In this document: positions 1 to 13,163 of the stretch, piece by piece
Layout of the letters: every line of letters begins with the position of its first letter
How positions within the stretch are numbered: the first letter of the stretch is position 1
Origin: Octopus sinensis
Lineage: Eukaryota
DNA length: 64,000 bases
Direction: 5' to 3'
Assembly (NCBI RefSeq): GCF_006345805.1
Contig: NC_043005.1
Location: forward strand, 99,944,001-100,008,000
Notes under the pieces: generated by a model
The model's database searches: none
Told to the model about the DNA's origin: nothing
The model's input: the letters and a program-made list of their open reading frames with translations, nothing else
Translations under genes and position numbers: made by a program

Positions 1-1427
1 CGCGAGAAATGAAGCTAGTATGCTCCGTTGGATGTGTAATGTCAGTGTTCATAGTCGACAGAGTGTAAGTACCTTGAGAGAAAAGTTGGACCTAAGAGGA
101 ATCAGATGTTGTGTGCAAGAGAGACGATTGCGCTGGTATGGTCATGTGGTGAGAATGGATGAAGATAGGTGTGTGAAAAAGTGCCACACCCTGGCAGTTG
201 AGGGGACCTGTGGAAGAGGTAGACCCAGGAAAACCTGGGTCGAGGTGGTGAAGCACGACCTTCGAACTCTAGGTCTCACCAAGGAAATGACCAGAGACCG
301 AGACCTATGGAAGTATGCTGTGCGTGAGAAGACCCGGCAAGACCAGTGAGAACAATCAAAATCAAATCATATATCAGAAAGCAGGGGTTAAGTGACCCAT
401 CTGTTCGTGTCCGCTGTCAGCCTCGTCTGGCACCCGTGCTGGTGATACGTAAAAGCACCATTCGCTCATGGCCGTTTGCCAGCTCTGCCTGGCCCCGTGT
501 CGGTGGCACGTAAAAGCACCATCCGTTGGTGTTCGTTTCCAGCCTTGCCTGGCCCCGTGCCGGTGACACGTAAAAGCACCGTCCGTTCGTGGCCGTTGGC
601 CAGCTCTGTCTGGCCCCGTGTCGGTGGCACGTAAAAGCACCATCCGTCCGTGTCCATTGCCAGCCTCGGCTGGCCCCCGTGCCGGTGACACGTAAAAGCA
701 CCGTCCGCTCGTGGCCGTTTGCCAGCTCTGTCTGGCAACCGTGTCAGTGGCACGTAAAAGCACCATCTGTTCGCGTCCGTTGCCAGCCTCGGCTGGCCCC
801 CGTGCCAGTGACACGTAAAAGTATCATCTGTTCGTGGCCGTTTGCCAGCTCTGTCTGGCCCCGTGTCGGTGGCACGTAAAAGCACCATCCGTCCGTGTCC
901 GTTGCCAGCCTCGGCTGGCCCCCGTGCCGGTGACACGTAAAAGCACCGTCCGCTCGTGGCCGTTTGCCAGCTCTGTCTGGCAACCGTGTCGGTGGCACGT
1001 AAAAGCACCATCCATTCGCGTCCGTTGCCAGCCTCGGCTGGCCCCCGTGCCGGTGACACGTAAAAGCACCGTCCGTTCGTGGCCGGTTGCCAGCTCTGTC
1101 TGGCCCCGTGTCGGTGGCACGTAAAAGCACCATCCGTTCGTGTCCGTTGCCAGCATCGCCTGGCCCCGTGCCGGTGACACGTAAAAGCACCATCCGTTCG
1201 TGGCCGTTCGCCAGCTCTGTCTGGCACCTGTGCAGGTGGCACGTAAAAAACACCCACTACACTCGCGGAGTGGTTGGCGTTAGGAAGGGCATCCAGCCGT
1301 AGAAACACTGCCAGATCTGACTGGGCCTGACGAAGCCTTCCAGCTTCACAGACCCCAGTTGACCCGTCCAACCCATGCTAGCATGGAAAACGGACGCTAA
1401 ACGATGATGATGATGATGATGATGATG
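1..1427 (+). mobile_element. 3' end of an RTE-clade LINE: RT C-terminus (ORF ends 349), 3' UTR with VNTR, (GAT)n tail
   Basis: ORF 20-349 contains RRLRWYGHVVRMDEDRCVK...GRGRPRKTW...DLR...RDRDLWK, typical of the RTE C-terminus. It ends with a (GAT)n tail at ~1403-1427. Confidence 0.9.
415..1250. repeat. Minisatellite, 14 units of ~61 bp, GC-rich, inside the RTE 3' UTR
   Basis: The cgtaaaa core recurs at 448, 509, 569, 630, 691, 753, 814, 875, 936, 998, 1059, 1120, 1180 and 1242. Confidence 0.95.
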
Positions 1428-1770
1428 AGTAGCCCATCCTGCTCAAAAGGTCCCTAAATAAGGGTTGTTTAAGGATGTTGAACGAACCACCCATGTTTCC
1501 AGAGGTGAATTATTCAAACCCCAAAGAATCCCTCTCAACACATGGCTATGATGCTCCCCAACTACTTCTGCTCGTGATCAGAGATGCACATATTGTCAGC
1601 CACTAAGGGACATGCTCAACTGGTTAAGGTCAAACAACTGACAAGCAAATCTGTGGTATTGAGCAGAATATTTGATGTGGCCCATCTTTTATACCAAGAC
1701 AAAACAATGTACATGATGACACTTCCAGTCAGTTAAGATCAGAAGCCATGAGAGCCACTGCCTGGGACTG

Positions 1771-1772
<2 letters not shown>
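1428..1772 (-). mobile_element. Partial copy of the ~550-bp (AAT)n-anchored interspersed repeat (family D)
   Basis: High similarity to 33355-33916, 55560-56055 and 62178-62712; abuts an (ATT)n tract. Confidence 0.8.
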
Positions 1773-1811
<39 letters not shown>

Positions 1812-2342
1812 GGGTGGTGGACAGCTGAATCAGTTGAGTAACCAAAATAAATGTATTGAGTGCTGTTATTGTATGTTCTGAATTCAAATATGGCTGGGGT
1901 TGACTGTATTCCTTCATCACAATAAAATAAGAACCAGTAAAATACTCAGGTTAATCGACTCAAATGTACCCCCCTCCAAATACACACACACACACCCACA
2001 TGTACACATTCGTCACTCACTCTCTCATACACCAATTTTATGCCTTTTAGCAATCTTTATTTTTTATGGTATTGGATCACAACTGACTTACACACTGGAT
2101 TCACTTCAAATCCATTATTATTGGCAATACGATTTATCAATTCCCTCCCTGGGATCTCATTTAACTGACAGTTGGACTCATACAGCAAACATTACACATA
2201 CTTTCTTCTGTCAGAATCTAAAGAAAGACAATCTTGACTATCTGTACCAACCAACAGACAATAATGAAATAGCTAATCTGACAAAATTTTCAATTCAGCA
2301 CAAATGAAGAAGTTATGTCTGTGTGTATTTATCATCATCATG

Positions 2343-2390
<48 letters not shown>

Positions 2391-5300
2391 GTTGTTGTTG
2401 TTGTTCTTATGAGTGTATTCTTAGACTACATCTACTGTTTACAGTGATTATATCTTCCATGAATACACATCATTGCCACCAATTATTGTTGCTAGACTTG
2501 AAGTTTATTTACATTATATTTAAACACTATTTATCATGAAGGATCATAGTTTTTAGTTCAAGGGTATATTTACACAACAATGGAGGATTTTGTTTATAAA
2601 AGTGTTAGAATAGATGTTTACACATACTGACTTTCATTTGAGATTATAATTTCACTGGTGTTGGACATTAATGGCATTTGAGAATATATTCACACTTGTG
2701 TTAAATATTTTATCGACTAGCGTAGTCCTGTGTGTTTATACACCAGTTTGAAATAATGTTTAAACTACTATGATAATGTTTAAAGTGCAGTTATATATTT
2801 GCTTCAGTGTCATAGATGTTATATTTACACAACGCCACTTCTTAATTGTTTAAGTAATTATATTTCATTTTGTTTAATATGACAGCCATTTCCTTTTAGT
2901 TTTAGATGATTCTCTATCAAGGAATCAATTCCATTGTTTCTTTGTTATTTTGGTTTTTATGTTCAGTTAGATCCATTTAGAAATTGACATTTGCTTCAAT
3001 TTACTAAAGTATCTTGGCTACAACACAAGAATTAATGATATCACGATCTAAATCATAAGTATCTTGACTAAATCACAAGTGTTGTTAGTATAATGGGTAC
3101 ATCACAATTATCTTGGATACATCATGAATATTTTGGCCACATCATAGATATCTTGGATACATCCTAAGTATTTATTAATACCATGAATACAAGACTTAAT
3201 AACCTTGGTTCATCATAAACAGCATTAGTGTCATGAATATATAAAGTACATCATGCATATCACTCTTATATCTTTGATGCCTCCCTGTCTTTATGAACGT
3301 AATGCCTAGCATTAAGAAGTGAATGCATAACCATGTAATCAGGATATATACATTTCACAGCAATTCTTTAATATTGGATCCAAAGAGCTGTGTGTGACGT
3401 GTACATATTTGTATGTGGAGAACAAAGACATAACTATATTTCTAGCTCTACCATTGATTTCATATTAGTTTATTTTACTGCGTTCTACCATCATTGCTCC
3501 AGATCCAACAACATGGCAGCTGAGTGTTCAATCTGCAACAAATTGTTGCACCAAAAACAGAAAAATATTCCACAGAAGAAGAATGTGAAGAAGTAGCAGA
3601 GCACATCAAGAATATGTTGGGAATATAAAGATGAAGGAAGAGGTTAAGGAGTAGAAACAAAGAATGACAAAGTAGAGAACAAGAACAGGAGAAAGAATAT
3701 TTAATATCATTTGGGAATGACTTGTCAGGATCAAAGACTCTTTGATGCTAATGTGGTCAATAGTGTTTGCATTCAGTCAAGTTGATCAACCAATATTGAT
3801 GTGGCCAGTACAGTTTCTATTCAACCATATCCTGTTGATTATCTCATATTGATGTTGTCAGAACAGTTTATGTTCAGCCATTTTGGTCAATACAGGGTTA
3901 TTTTCAGTCCAGTTGGTCATCTTATATTGGTTTCAAGTTTTGGCACAAGGCCAGTAGGTTTGGGGGAGGGGGCCAAGTTGATAACATCGACCCCAGTGTT
4001 CAACTGGTACTTACTTTACCCAGTAAGGATGAACGGCAACATCATCCTCTGCAAAATTTGTGAACGAGAGTGCAAAGATGGGTTAAAATGCTGCTGAGAA
4101 TTTTTCCTGGCAAAAGCTCACTGCTTTTGATCATCTCATATTAATATGATGAGTACAGTTTGTTGAGCTATGTTGGTCATCTCATATTGATGAGGTCTGT
4201 ACAATTTAATTTCAGACATGTTGATCAACTTATACTAATGTGGTCATTACAGTGGAATTTCTATGAAGAAATGTCTGTAGAAACAAATAATGGCAGTCAG
4301 AGTTCTGGAAAGCTGCATAATTGTGGGTAATGGCCTGGGTGAAGTGCTTATTTGTGGGGTTTATGGGTAAGATCTGTCATTGATGAAAGGGGGAAAAAAT
4401 AATACAACAGAAGAAGATGAGGAAGATGTAGAAGAAGATATGAAAGAAAATCAAGAAAAATAGAAAATTAGAAAATAAAAACAATACAATGATGAAGATG
4501 AAAAAGAAATGAAAGGAAATAAATTGAAATATGTTATGAAGAGGATATAGATATTGTCTGTAGAGATATAATTATCTGACTAAAAATACAGAGAGAACGA
4601 CAAAGATTTCTTTGGCTTTCATATTTACCAAAAAGACATTTATTGAAAGTAGAAATGAAAGGCCGGAAAAATATAAATAAAAGCCATATTTTTTAGTACT
4701 TTTTGGCCGCCTGTTCTTTCCATTTATAAATAATCTGTGTAGTAGAATGCAAGCCCCTTGGCTAAATTATTCTCATTGCTTTGCTAAATCTATTTTATTT
4801 CACCGACAGTGTTGTTGCTCTTGGCAAAAATGTGGGGTTTACAATATGGCATTGGTCCATGCATTTATGTCTGTGACTTTTATTCTGGTTGTAAAAATAG
4901 AAATCAATATTCACTTTGCAGAAAGGAAGAGAAGGAAGTAAAAAGAAAGGAAAGGAGAAAAAAGGGGAGAGGAGAAACAGGGAAAATGAAACAGTTAAAA
5001 GATCAGTCTACATGTTATAGGGAGTGTTGTTCCTGGGCAAGATATGTTAAGGTGTCCAATTTGATTTAGTTGTCAGGAGATTGGTAACAAATCAGGTATT
5101 TAATCTTCTGAGAAAACATTGAGTAACCATTCCAGTGAAGCTTCCTTTTAAAGCTTCTGTACAATTTACTGCCACAGGACCACAATGAAGAATGAAAAGA
5201 CTAATGGAGAGTATCACAGAAGTTTTGTTTTTACTAAGTTACACTGGAAGGGGAAATAATTACTGGTATCTTGAACTGATATGTTGGAAATAGGTGAGAA

Positions 5301-6419
5301 AGCATAAGATATTTTTTACATGCTCGTGCAGGCTGTCTGTGACTTGTGAACTTGATGTCACTAATGTTTCATTAAGGTGGCTACATGAGGGCATGTGGCC
5401 TAGTTGTTAGGCTGTGGTGTTGCATTCAAGGTCATGAGATTGGAGGTTTGATTCCTAGACCAAGTAGTACATAGTGTTCTTAAACAAAATACTTATGTTG
5501 CTTTGTGATCACTTTGACATCTGACATATGGCACACTGTGTACCTGTACAGACAATGTCAATTTGATGGAGGGATTGAACTGATATTCTGCAGGAACATT
5601 TGACCACCACTATAAACAAATCACTTTTGCGGATTGTTCATTCAGGAAGAAATTGCTGGGCCATCTTTCTGACTTGAGAGACAATAACACACACACACAC
5701 ACACACACACAGCAAAATAGCTAGTCAAGAAAATCTCTATAAGAGGTGAAAGCAGTATTCATAGTGGCAAGTAGTATTTAATTCTACCTAAACATGGGTA
5801 TTCACTAGGAATCAACAGTGTTGCAATTTTAACGCCCAGAAGATACCTCCTCTGGCTGGTTATGCAGTGCTTACATACATACATACATACATACATATAC
5901 ATACATACACACACACACACACACACGTAGTAAAATAAGGATTCTGATAGAATTGGGTACTTGAAAAGATAAGCATCAGGTAGGATTAGATAAACCTGTT
6001 GCTCCAGCCTGTGGTTGATAAGTTTCAAATAGGATATTCTTGTTGTGTACACAGAGAAAACCAGTCCTATGAGTATATAGCACTAAGGGACGGGTCCAAA
6101 GCATGCATTAAATTGAATTGTACATTGTTGGTATACTGTAGGGTGTCCAACAAGTTGTAAATGCCCTACGTTGTATTATAATCAAATGAATGATAATTAC
6201 AGACGGTGGATAATTGTCAGGTCGTCACAGCTGTTTCTTACGCATTTTTTAAATTCAAGAATGAGAACATTACTCCATTACGAAAACCCGTAATCATGAG
6301 ATGAAACATAATTTTAGAAACAGAAGAATATTCCAAGAATACTGCAGGGATGTTGCTGAAGTCTGTTGAGGCTAACTACGAAATGGGAGAATGATCAACA
6401 AAATTGGCTCCTGTGGACA

Positions 6420-7520
6420 TTAGGGGGTGGTGCTTATGTTAAGAATATAGCTTGTGAAAGGTGTAATATGATATTTAAGGTCAACAACCTGGGTGAGATA
6501 AGATTCAGCTAGCAGGGTTCTTTGATAGACTGGAGGTGGAACATAGGGGATATCTTACTATATTAGGCTTAGAGAAGTGGGTAGCTGGAAGAAGACTGAA
6601 GATAAAGGAAGCAAAAAGTGAGGAAATATAAATGCACAAATAAAGCCAATTAGGGATAGGATTGGGGTTTAGAATTTGATAGCTAAGGCTAAAAAAACAA
6701 AGGGAAGAGGGTAGAGATATACAGAACTTAGGGCATTCTGTGGATATAGGTTGAATGTTGGGGATTGTACAAAGGTACTCGAATAAGCTCTAACTGTTAA
6801 GAGATTGTCGTGTTATGTGTGATTGATTTATCTGGTAAAGGGGAAAGATGTAGGATGTTGTTTTCGATATGAATGTTATATGGGATAGTGGAGATCACTT
6901 GTAATATGAGGACATGTTTGCCTGGAGAGGAAAAATCCAGTACTACTCATCATTAAGGAGTTCAAAGAAAGATGGGGTTATGTAATAAACTACACCTAGT
7001 ACCAAGTTACAGGGAATACCAGATTGGAAAGGCAACAGTAAGAAGTAGTCTAATGATTAACAATTTGGAATGTTAGATAGGTGATGTTGATATTATTTAA
7101 TTAGTATAATCACCATTGTGTGAATCAGGTAATGCAATTCTGGATAATAGTCATAGGTAAGAGGTTTGGAGAGTGTGTTCCATCTATTATTTAACATGTG
7201 CAGCATAAATAACTGTATCTTGGTATAAGGATTACTTAGTGAAATTGGAAAAGAACTGGGTAGGGAGTGCAGGCTGCTTTTCACTACCACTAATGCATAT
7301 ACTGGGTACACCACAGATAGAATGGTTAGTTCCTTCAATATAGCATGCCATGCAAGTATAGTAAGAGTGGTTAGGAAGGAATGGTAAAGAAGAACAAGAC
7401 TAGAAGGACTCAGACAAATAAGCAGGCCAATCGACTTTTGGGTCAACAATAGAAGGAGTAAATTTGATTGGCCTGAGGTTAGGAGCTATTATAGGGATTG
7501 TTAAATGTCCTTAAAAAAGG
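6420..7520 (-). mobile_element. Highly degraded LINE ORF2-like fragment
   Basis: Strand-biased, coding-like composition with interrupted frames and only weak motif resemblance. Confidence 0.3.
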
Positions 7521-7571
7521 TGTGGGTAGCCTTATGTATACAGGAAAGATGAAGGTCTAGTTTATTATTTA

Positions 7572-9105
7572 CCATAAAAACCCATGTAATTTGTGCATCT
7601 TTCCCGCAAAAACAAAAACAAACTTTAGTGGGTGTGCAAATTACATGAGTAGATCATCTCCAGAATATTTTTAGAAATATTTTTTTGCTGAAAAATGATG
7701 TACAAATGTAAACATTTGTACCAGAAGTTGACTCATTTAATAAGTTTTTACAGAAAAAATATAATGAAGTTGACTTTTATTTATACTGGATGGTATAATG
7801 CTTACTTTTTCTATATAAGTTTATTAAAACCTTTAAGTAGTTAACTATTTTTGAAGTTTGTCATCCATGCTGGTAATCATGGTCCAGGCCATATTTTACA
7901 TTGCTTGGAGTTTCTACCTATTGCAATGGAGCCCAGCAATTTCCTTAAGAAGTCTAGCTTGTGTTTGCCTCCAGGAAGCTATTTATCGCTTTCTCCACAT
8001 TAGGACAATGAAATTCATCACCACTGACATTGCCGCTACCAGCTCTTACTGCATCTAACACCACGACAGCATCATAATCTATCCTTGTGCATGTAAACTC
8101 ACCAAGTGAATATGACTTAGGTTTTCTACAGAAACCTTCATTTACCTTATACAATGTTTAATGCTGTTTCACATTCATGTTGAATTATACAGCAATCATA
8201 TTTTATTTTCATAGAACACTTGTATGTATTACCAGTTCTTTTGGTATAGTAGATTTTGCTATTCTTGCTTATGTCCCCTCACAGACATGTATATTCTAAC
8301 AAGTCTCTTCTTAAATTTCGCACCTCTCCTGTTCAATAAACACTGGGTTAAACTTGCAAAGCTGTTTATTCTCTCCTTTCAATTTTTAATGTTTATTATG
8401 GTAGGTTACCAAAATATTAGTTTGGTCTCCCAGCTAAAACAGTAATGACAAATTATGAAGTTTGCTAGACATTTTATAAGAGTGAAAGGGATGAAAATTT
8501 CAATATTCCATTCCATATCTCAGTTTCTGAAAAGAATAGGCCGAAAATCAGAGCTTCAGACAAGAAGACACTGTCGACCAATCAGAATTCTGTTTACATA
8601 ATCAGTTTGATTGGTTACCTTTCTCTGTTGGTTGAGTAAAGTGTCCTCCAAGATGATGTTTATTGACAATTAAACTTATTTTGAAACACTTGTGTGTATT
8701 TAACAGTTTTGTTTTTTGTGATAAGAATTATCAAAACATTTTCTTATGATCATGATTTGAGAAGACATACAGAAGTATGCTAAAGACCAAACATAATCTC
8801 TTTTGGGCAAGAAATGTAAAATAAAGTTTATCATAAACAACTCAAACACTTTGTAATTTAATAGCTTTCAATGTTGAACAGAAATTATTTTTATTTAATG
8901 AAAATTTAATAAAATCTAATCGTAAGTAAATAAAATTATGCTAAATGCAACTAAACTGAAAACCTTTTTCCCCTGGCCATATCAACAATTCTGAAAACTT
9001 TTGGGTGTGAATTTTACATAAATAGGAGCTTTTTTTAACAATTTTTATTCTGAAAAATCACCTGCATAAATTACACAGGTGCGCAAATTACATGGGTTTT
9101 TATGG
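7572..9105. mobile_element. Non-autonomous pogo/Tc1-mariner-type DNA transposon
   Basis: 29-bp TIRs ccataaaaacccatgtaatttg(t/c)gca(t/c)ct, TA on both flanks (7570-71 and 9106-07), a sub-terminal inverted copy of the TIR core, and no intact transposase. Confidence 0.75.
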
Positions 9106-9224
9106 TATTAAATTTTTCACTATTTGCTCTCCTTAAAATTTCAAACAGCTCCATGCAGCAAAGCCTGCACCCATATCTGCTGTTTGAGTAGATGTGGTAG
9201 ACAGAAACTGAAAGAAGCCAATTG

Positions 9225-9266
<42 letters not shown>

Positions 9267-9529
9267 TATATGATGTGTATATGTGTGATTGTATGTGTAC
9301 ATGTGTGTGAGTTTGTTTGTGCCCCCACCATCACCTCTGTTGGTGGGCTTCTGTCCCCATAACTTAGCAGTCTGACAAAGAACACCGATAGAATAAATAC
9401 CAGGCTTAAACAATGTACTGTGGTTGATTCATTCAAGCAAAAATTCTGCAAGGTAGTGCTCCAGCATGGCTGCAGTTTGAGACTGAATCAAGCAAAAGAT
9501 AACGATAAAAGATATATGTATGTGTGTGT

Positions 9530-9925
9530 GTATTCTTTTATTTGTTCCAGTCATCTGACTGAAGCCATTTTTGGAGCACCACCTAAAAAGGTTTTAGTTG
9601 AAGAAATTGACTCCAGGACTCATTCTTTTTAAGCCTAGTACTTCTATCACTCCTTTTTACTGAACCGCTAATTTATGGGGACATAAACACAGCAGCATCT
9701 GTAGTTAAGTAATGGCAGGGGGACAAACACAGACACACACCCATAAACATGCACATACATTTATATCTGACGGGCTTCTTTCAATTTACATATACCAAAT
9801 CCACACACAAGTTTTTGGTTGGCCTGAGGCTATAGTAGAAGACACTTGCCCAAGGTGCCATGCAGTTGGACTGAACCCAGAACTATGTGGTTGGGAAGCA
9901 AGTTTTTTACCACACAACCACTCCT
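9530..9925 (-). mobile_element. tRNA-headed SINE, family B. Other copies: ~9180-9510 +, 21460-23450 -, 34370-34760 -, 39690-40060 +, 40215-40680 +, 45700-46070 +
   Basis: Head ggagtggctgtgtggtaag...ggttcagtcccactgcgtggcaccttgggcaagtg is tRNA-like with a CORE-like segment. A central microsatellite and a tactcttt tail recur across copies. Confidence 0.8.
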
Positions 9926-9939
9926 TCATCTATATATAT

Positions 9940-9974
<35 letters not shown>

Positions 9975-11060
9975 ATATGAAGTTATTTATGTCTTTATTG
10001 CCCACAGGGGGCTAAACATAGAGGGGACAAGCAAAGACAGACAAAGGGATTAAGTCAATTACATCGATCCCAGTGTGTAACTGGTACTTATTTAATCAAC
10101 CCCCTAAAGGATGAAAGGCAAAGTTGACCTTGGTGGAATTTGAACTCAGAACGTAACAGCAGATCAAATACCGCCGTGGTGTATGTGGGAGATTTGAAAT
10201 AAGAACACCTATCTTCTCTTCATCGACGCAGACCTCACCAGCGGTAATGCCCCCTTCCACATGGCCCAATCCGAACACTAAAAATAGCATCTGCTCTTCC
10301 CCTACCTTGACAAAGCACTTACACATCCAGCTCTGTCAGCTACCCCAATCGAAAAGGCCCAATGCTCCCCTGCCTGCGCATGCATCACTCTTTCCCCTTC
10401 CTCTTCCAGTCAGTCCCAAGTTCCAGTCAGCTCTCCAGCTGCTCACATCATCCCACAACCACTAAGCATTTCGCCTGGCATGCTGACGATTCAGCCAGCT
10501 CACTACTGTGTGTATAAATGTGATGTGGGCTAAAACCTGCAGGGTGGAGGTTCCAGAGGGCCAATGTTTTGTGAATAAAATTTAGACATATTGGTTATTT
10601 TAGAGAAGGAAGCAGTTCAATGCACCAACAGAGCAGCCAACTCAAAGGAGAACAGAGGACATGATAGTGGCAAAAACAAAAGCAAAAAAGAAAAACAGAG
10701 AAAAGAGACTGCATGTATTGTGCTAAATGCTGGAGTGTGTTTGTTCAGGCAGAAATGCCAATCAGCCAAATGGCTCTTCTTTAGATGGTCAATGAAGATA
10801 AGATATTTGATGGCACAGAATCATAGATGTTACACTTTTAATAATACAACTTATTGTTTTTTTCTGAGCTATTACCTGCTAATATTTCTGCTTTCATTTA
10901 CAAAATAGTTCCAATCAAATTGGCATTGGGAGTTCTAATGTTGAGCAAGTCAGTCATGCCAAGTTTGGCTTAGATTCAAACTTGGAAATTTACTTCTAAA
11001 CGGAGACCTTAAACACTAGATACACATGCATGCATGCATACATACATACATGTATGTATG

Positions 11061-11097
<37 letters not shown>

Positions 11098-11105
11098 ATG
11101 TATGC

Positions 11106-11136
<31 letters not shown>

Positions 11137-11160
11137 TATTTATGTATTCATTATATATAT

Positions 11161-11717
11161 AATGCTGAGATATCGAAAAGGAGATCTCACGGAGAGTAAG
11201 GGCCGGATGGAAGGCGTTCAATGGCATAAGGGATGTGTTCAAGGGAAGGTTGGACAGGACCACCCGCGCCAACCTCATTAACAGTGCAGTTCTGCCTACA
11301 ATGTTATATGGTAGTGAAACATGGGCTACCACAAAGAGAGAAGAGCAAAGACTGGTAACGGCTCAAAGAGTCATGGAAAGGTCAATGCTTGGTATCTCGT
11401 TGAGAGAGCACATCAGTAGCAAGATCATCAGAAAGAAGTCCGGCGTGAGAGATGTCATCACAGAGTATACTCGCAGCAAGTATAGATGGGCTGGACACGT
11501 CGCCCGGCTCATCGATAATCAGTGGACGCATGCAGTTGTCGAGTGGTACCCGTGTGAGCGGAAAAGACCACCCGGAAGACCTCCACGACAGTGGAGTTAC
11601 AATTTCAGGAGGACGATTGGGATCACGTGGATGAGAAAGGTGCGTTCCAGAGAGGAGTGGACAGCGTGCTGTGACCAGCGGTGTCCAGAAAACTATATGG
11701 TGTTAACCATACAGTAA
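11161..11717 (+). mobile_element. RTE LINE 3' fragment (second RTE family)
   Basis: ORF contains VLPTMLYGSETW...QRVMERSMLGISLREH...RWAGHVAR...KRPPGRPPRQW. Confidence 0.9.
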
Positions 11718-11761
11718 TGTGGGGTGATTATAAATGAGAAAGAAGCAACAAGAATGGATTA

Positions 11762-11855
11762 GTTTTTAGTACAATTGTTTCATACAAAGACAGGCTTTAT
11801 TAAAAGTTGCAAATATTGCAGCAGATAAAAGTGTCCCGTACTCATCAGCTAAAAC
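11762..11855 (-). ncRNA. Type I hammerhead ribozyme in the PLE 3' pseudo-LTR
   Basis: Minus strand reads TTTTAG CTGATGA GTAC..GTAT GAAAC AATT GTA^ CTAAAA: stem I of 6 bp, intact catalytic core, palindromic stem III ACAATTGT and a GUA cleavage triplet. Confidence 0.8.
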
Positions 11856-13163
11856 ACATATGAGTTCTCCAAACATCTTAGTGGGTGAGGCTACACTCAT
11901 GAAGTATTGGAGATAATTTCATTAAAAGCAGATTCAGGTTGTAAACAGACTTCCGAAGTTCTTTAATGATGATGCACAGTCTTATCACAGGTTTTAAAAA
12001 AGCTTATTAGCTTCACAGAGAAGGTGAATTAATCCGTAGTGTAGGTGTAAATTTCCAGAGATATGAGGAGTTGTTTCATACTCACAGACGATGAATTTAT
12101 CCATGGTTAATCCACAATGAGGTGGGTATAATTTCATGCTATATGATAAGGTATTTACCACATTACTGTTCTCTTCACAAGACTGCTATGTTATGACTTC
12201 TAAAGGCTGAAGGAATTATTGTGGAGCAAAGAAAAGAAAAGAAAGGAAAGAGAAGAAAAGAAACAAGGAAAAAGGAAAAAAAGAAAAAAGAAAAACGAAG
12301 AAAAAAGAAAAAAGAAAAAGAAAAAAGGGGAGAAGAAAAGAATAGAAAAAAGAAAAAGAAAAAAGAAAAAAGGGGAAAAAAGAAAAAACGCCCACAGAGT
12401 ATACTGTGACAACTGACAGGGAAAAGGGTCGCAGGTAACCTTACTACACAGAAAAGTTTGTAGACAGCCTGGCTGACTTCGAAATTTGCAGGAATCTAAG
12501 AACTATAAGGAGAATATTATTTTTGACCAGTAAACAGCTATTTATTGCCAACCTGACGTAGCTGAAAGCAGATACTAGAATCTAAAGAGATAACAAGGTC
12601 AGGGATAGAGGGGTCAAAGGCTATCATCAAATGGAACTACTTTAAGAGAAAATAAGTGCAATACTAGCAAGAGGTCATTTAAATTTATTTATTTATTACT
12701 GTTACTGTCTAAAAATGTTGTCGTTACTATCTATACATTGACCGACTACAGGTCAATACTTAGAAGTAAGTTTACAAGGTGTGGGGGAATTGCTTATCAT
12801 ATTGAAATTTCTTATACTACTTTCAAGGGAGCAGCATTACTTATTTAATTTTGTAATAGAATTATGAAGCCTTAGTAACTTATTTTATTTAAGTTGTGTT
12901 ACCTAAATTAGATTAAATTAAAAATTAAAAATTAAAAAATTAAAATTTAAAATTAACTATAAAGTCAATTAAAACTTCATTTAAGCAACGTACAAGTACT
13001 ATTTGTTTCTTTGTGTTCAAAATCAGGTGTAGTTATAAAGAAGGAGATAACTGTAGTGTGAGAGCTCGCAGTTATCTACTTAACAAATTAAAGTTATGCT
13101 ATACTAGTAAAAAACAAGCTAGATCTATCTATCTATCTTCTTACGATTATTCTATACTGTTAT

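Noticed and set aside
415-1250. CRISPR-like appearance of the regular repeat array
   Set aside because: Units are contiguous and homologous with no unique spacers. The context is eukaryotic and there are no cas genes.
374-1371. Multiple overlapping ORFs of up to 301 aa
   Set aside because: By-products of a stop-poor 61-bp tandem repeat. They are open on both strands and have no domain motif.
7954-8154. ORF inside the pogo-like element as a transposase
   Set aside because: Only KPKSYSL resembles a pogo N-terminus, and no DDE motifs were found.
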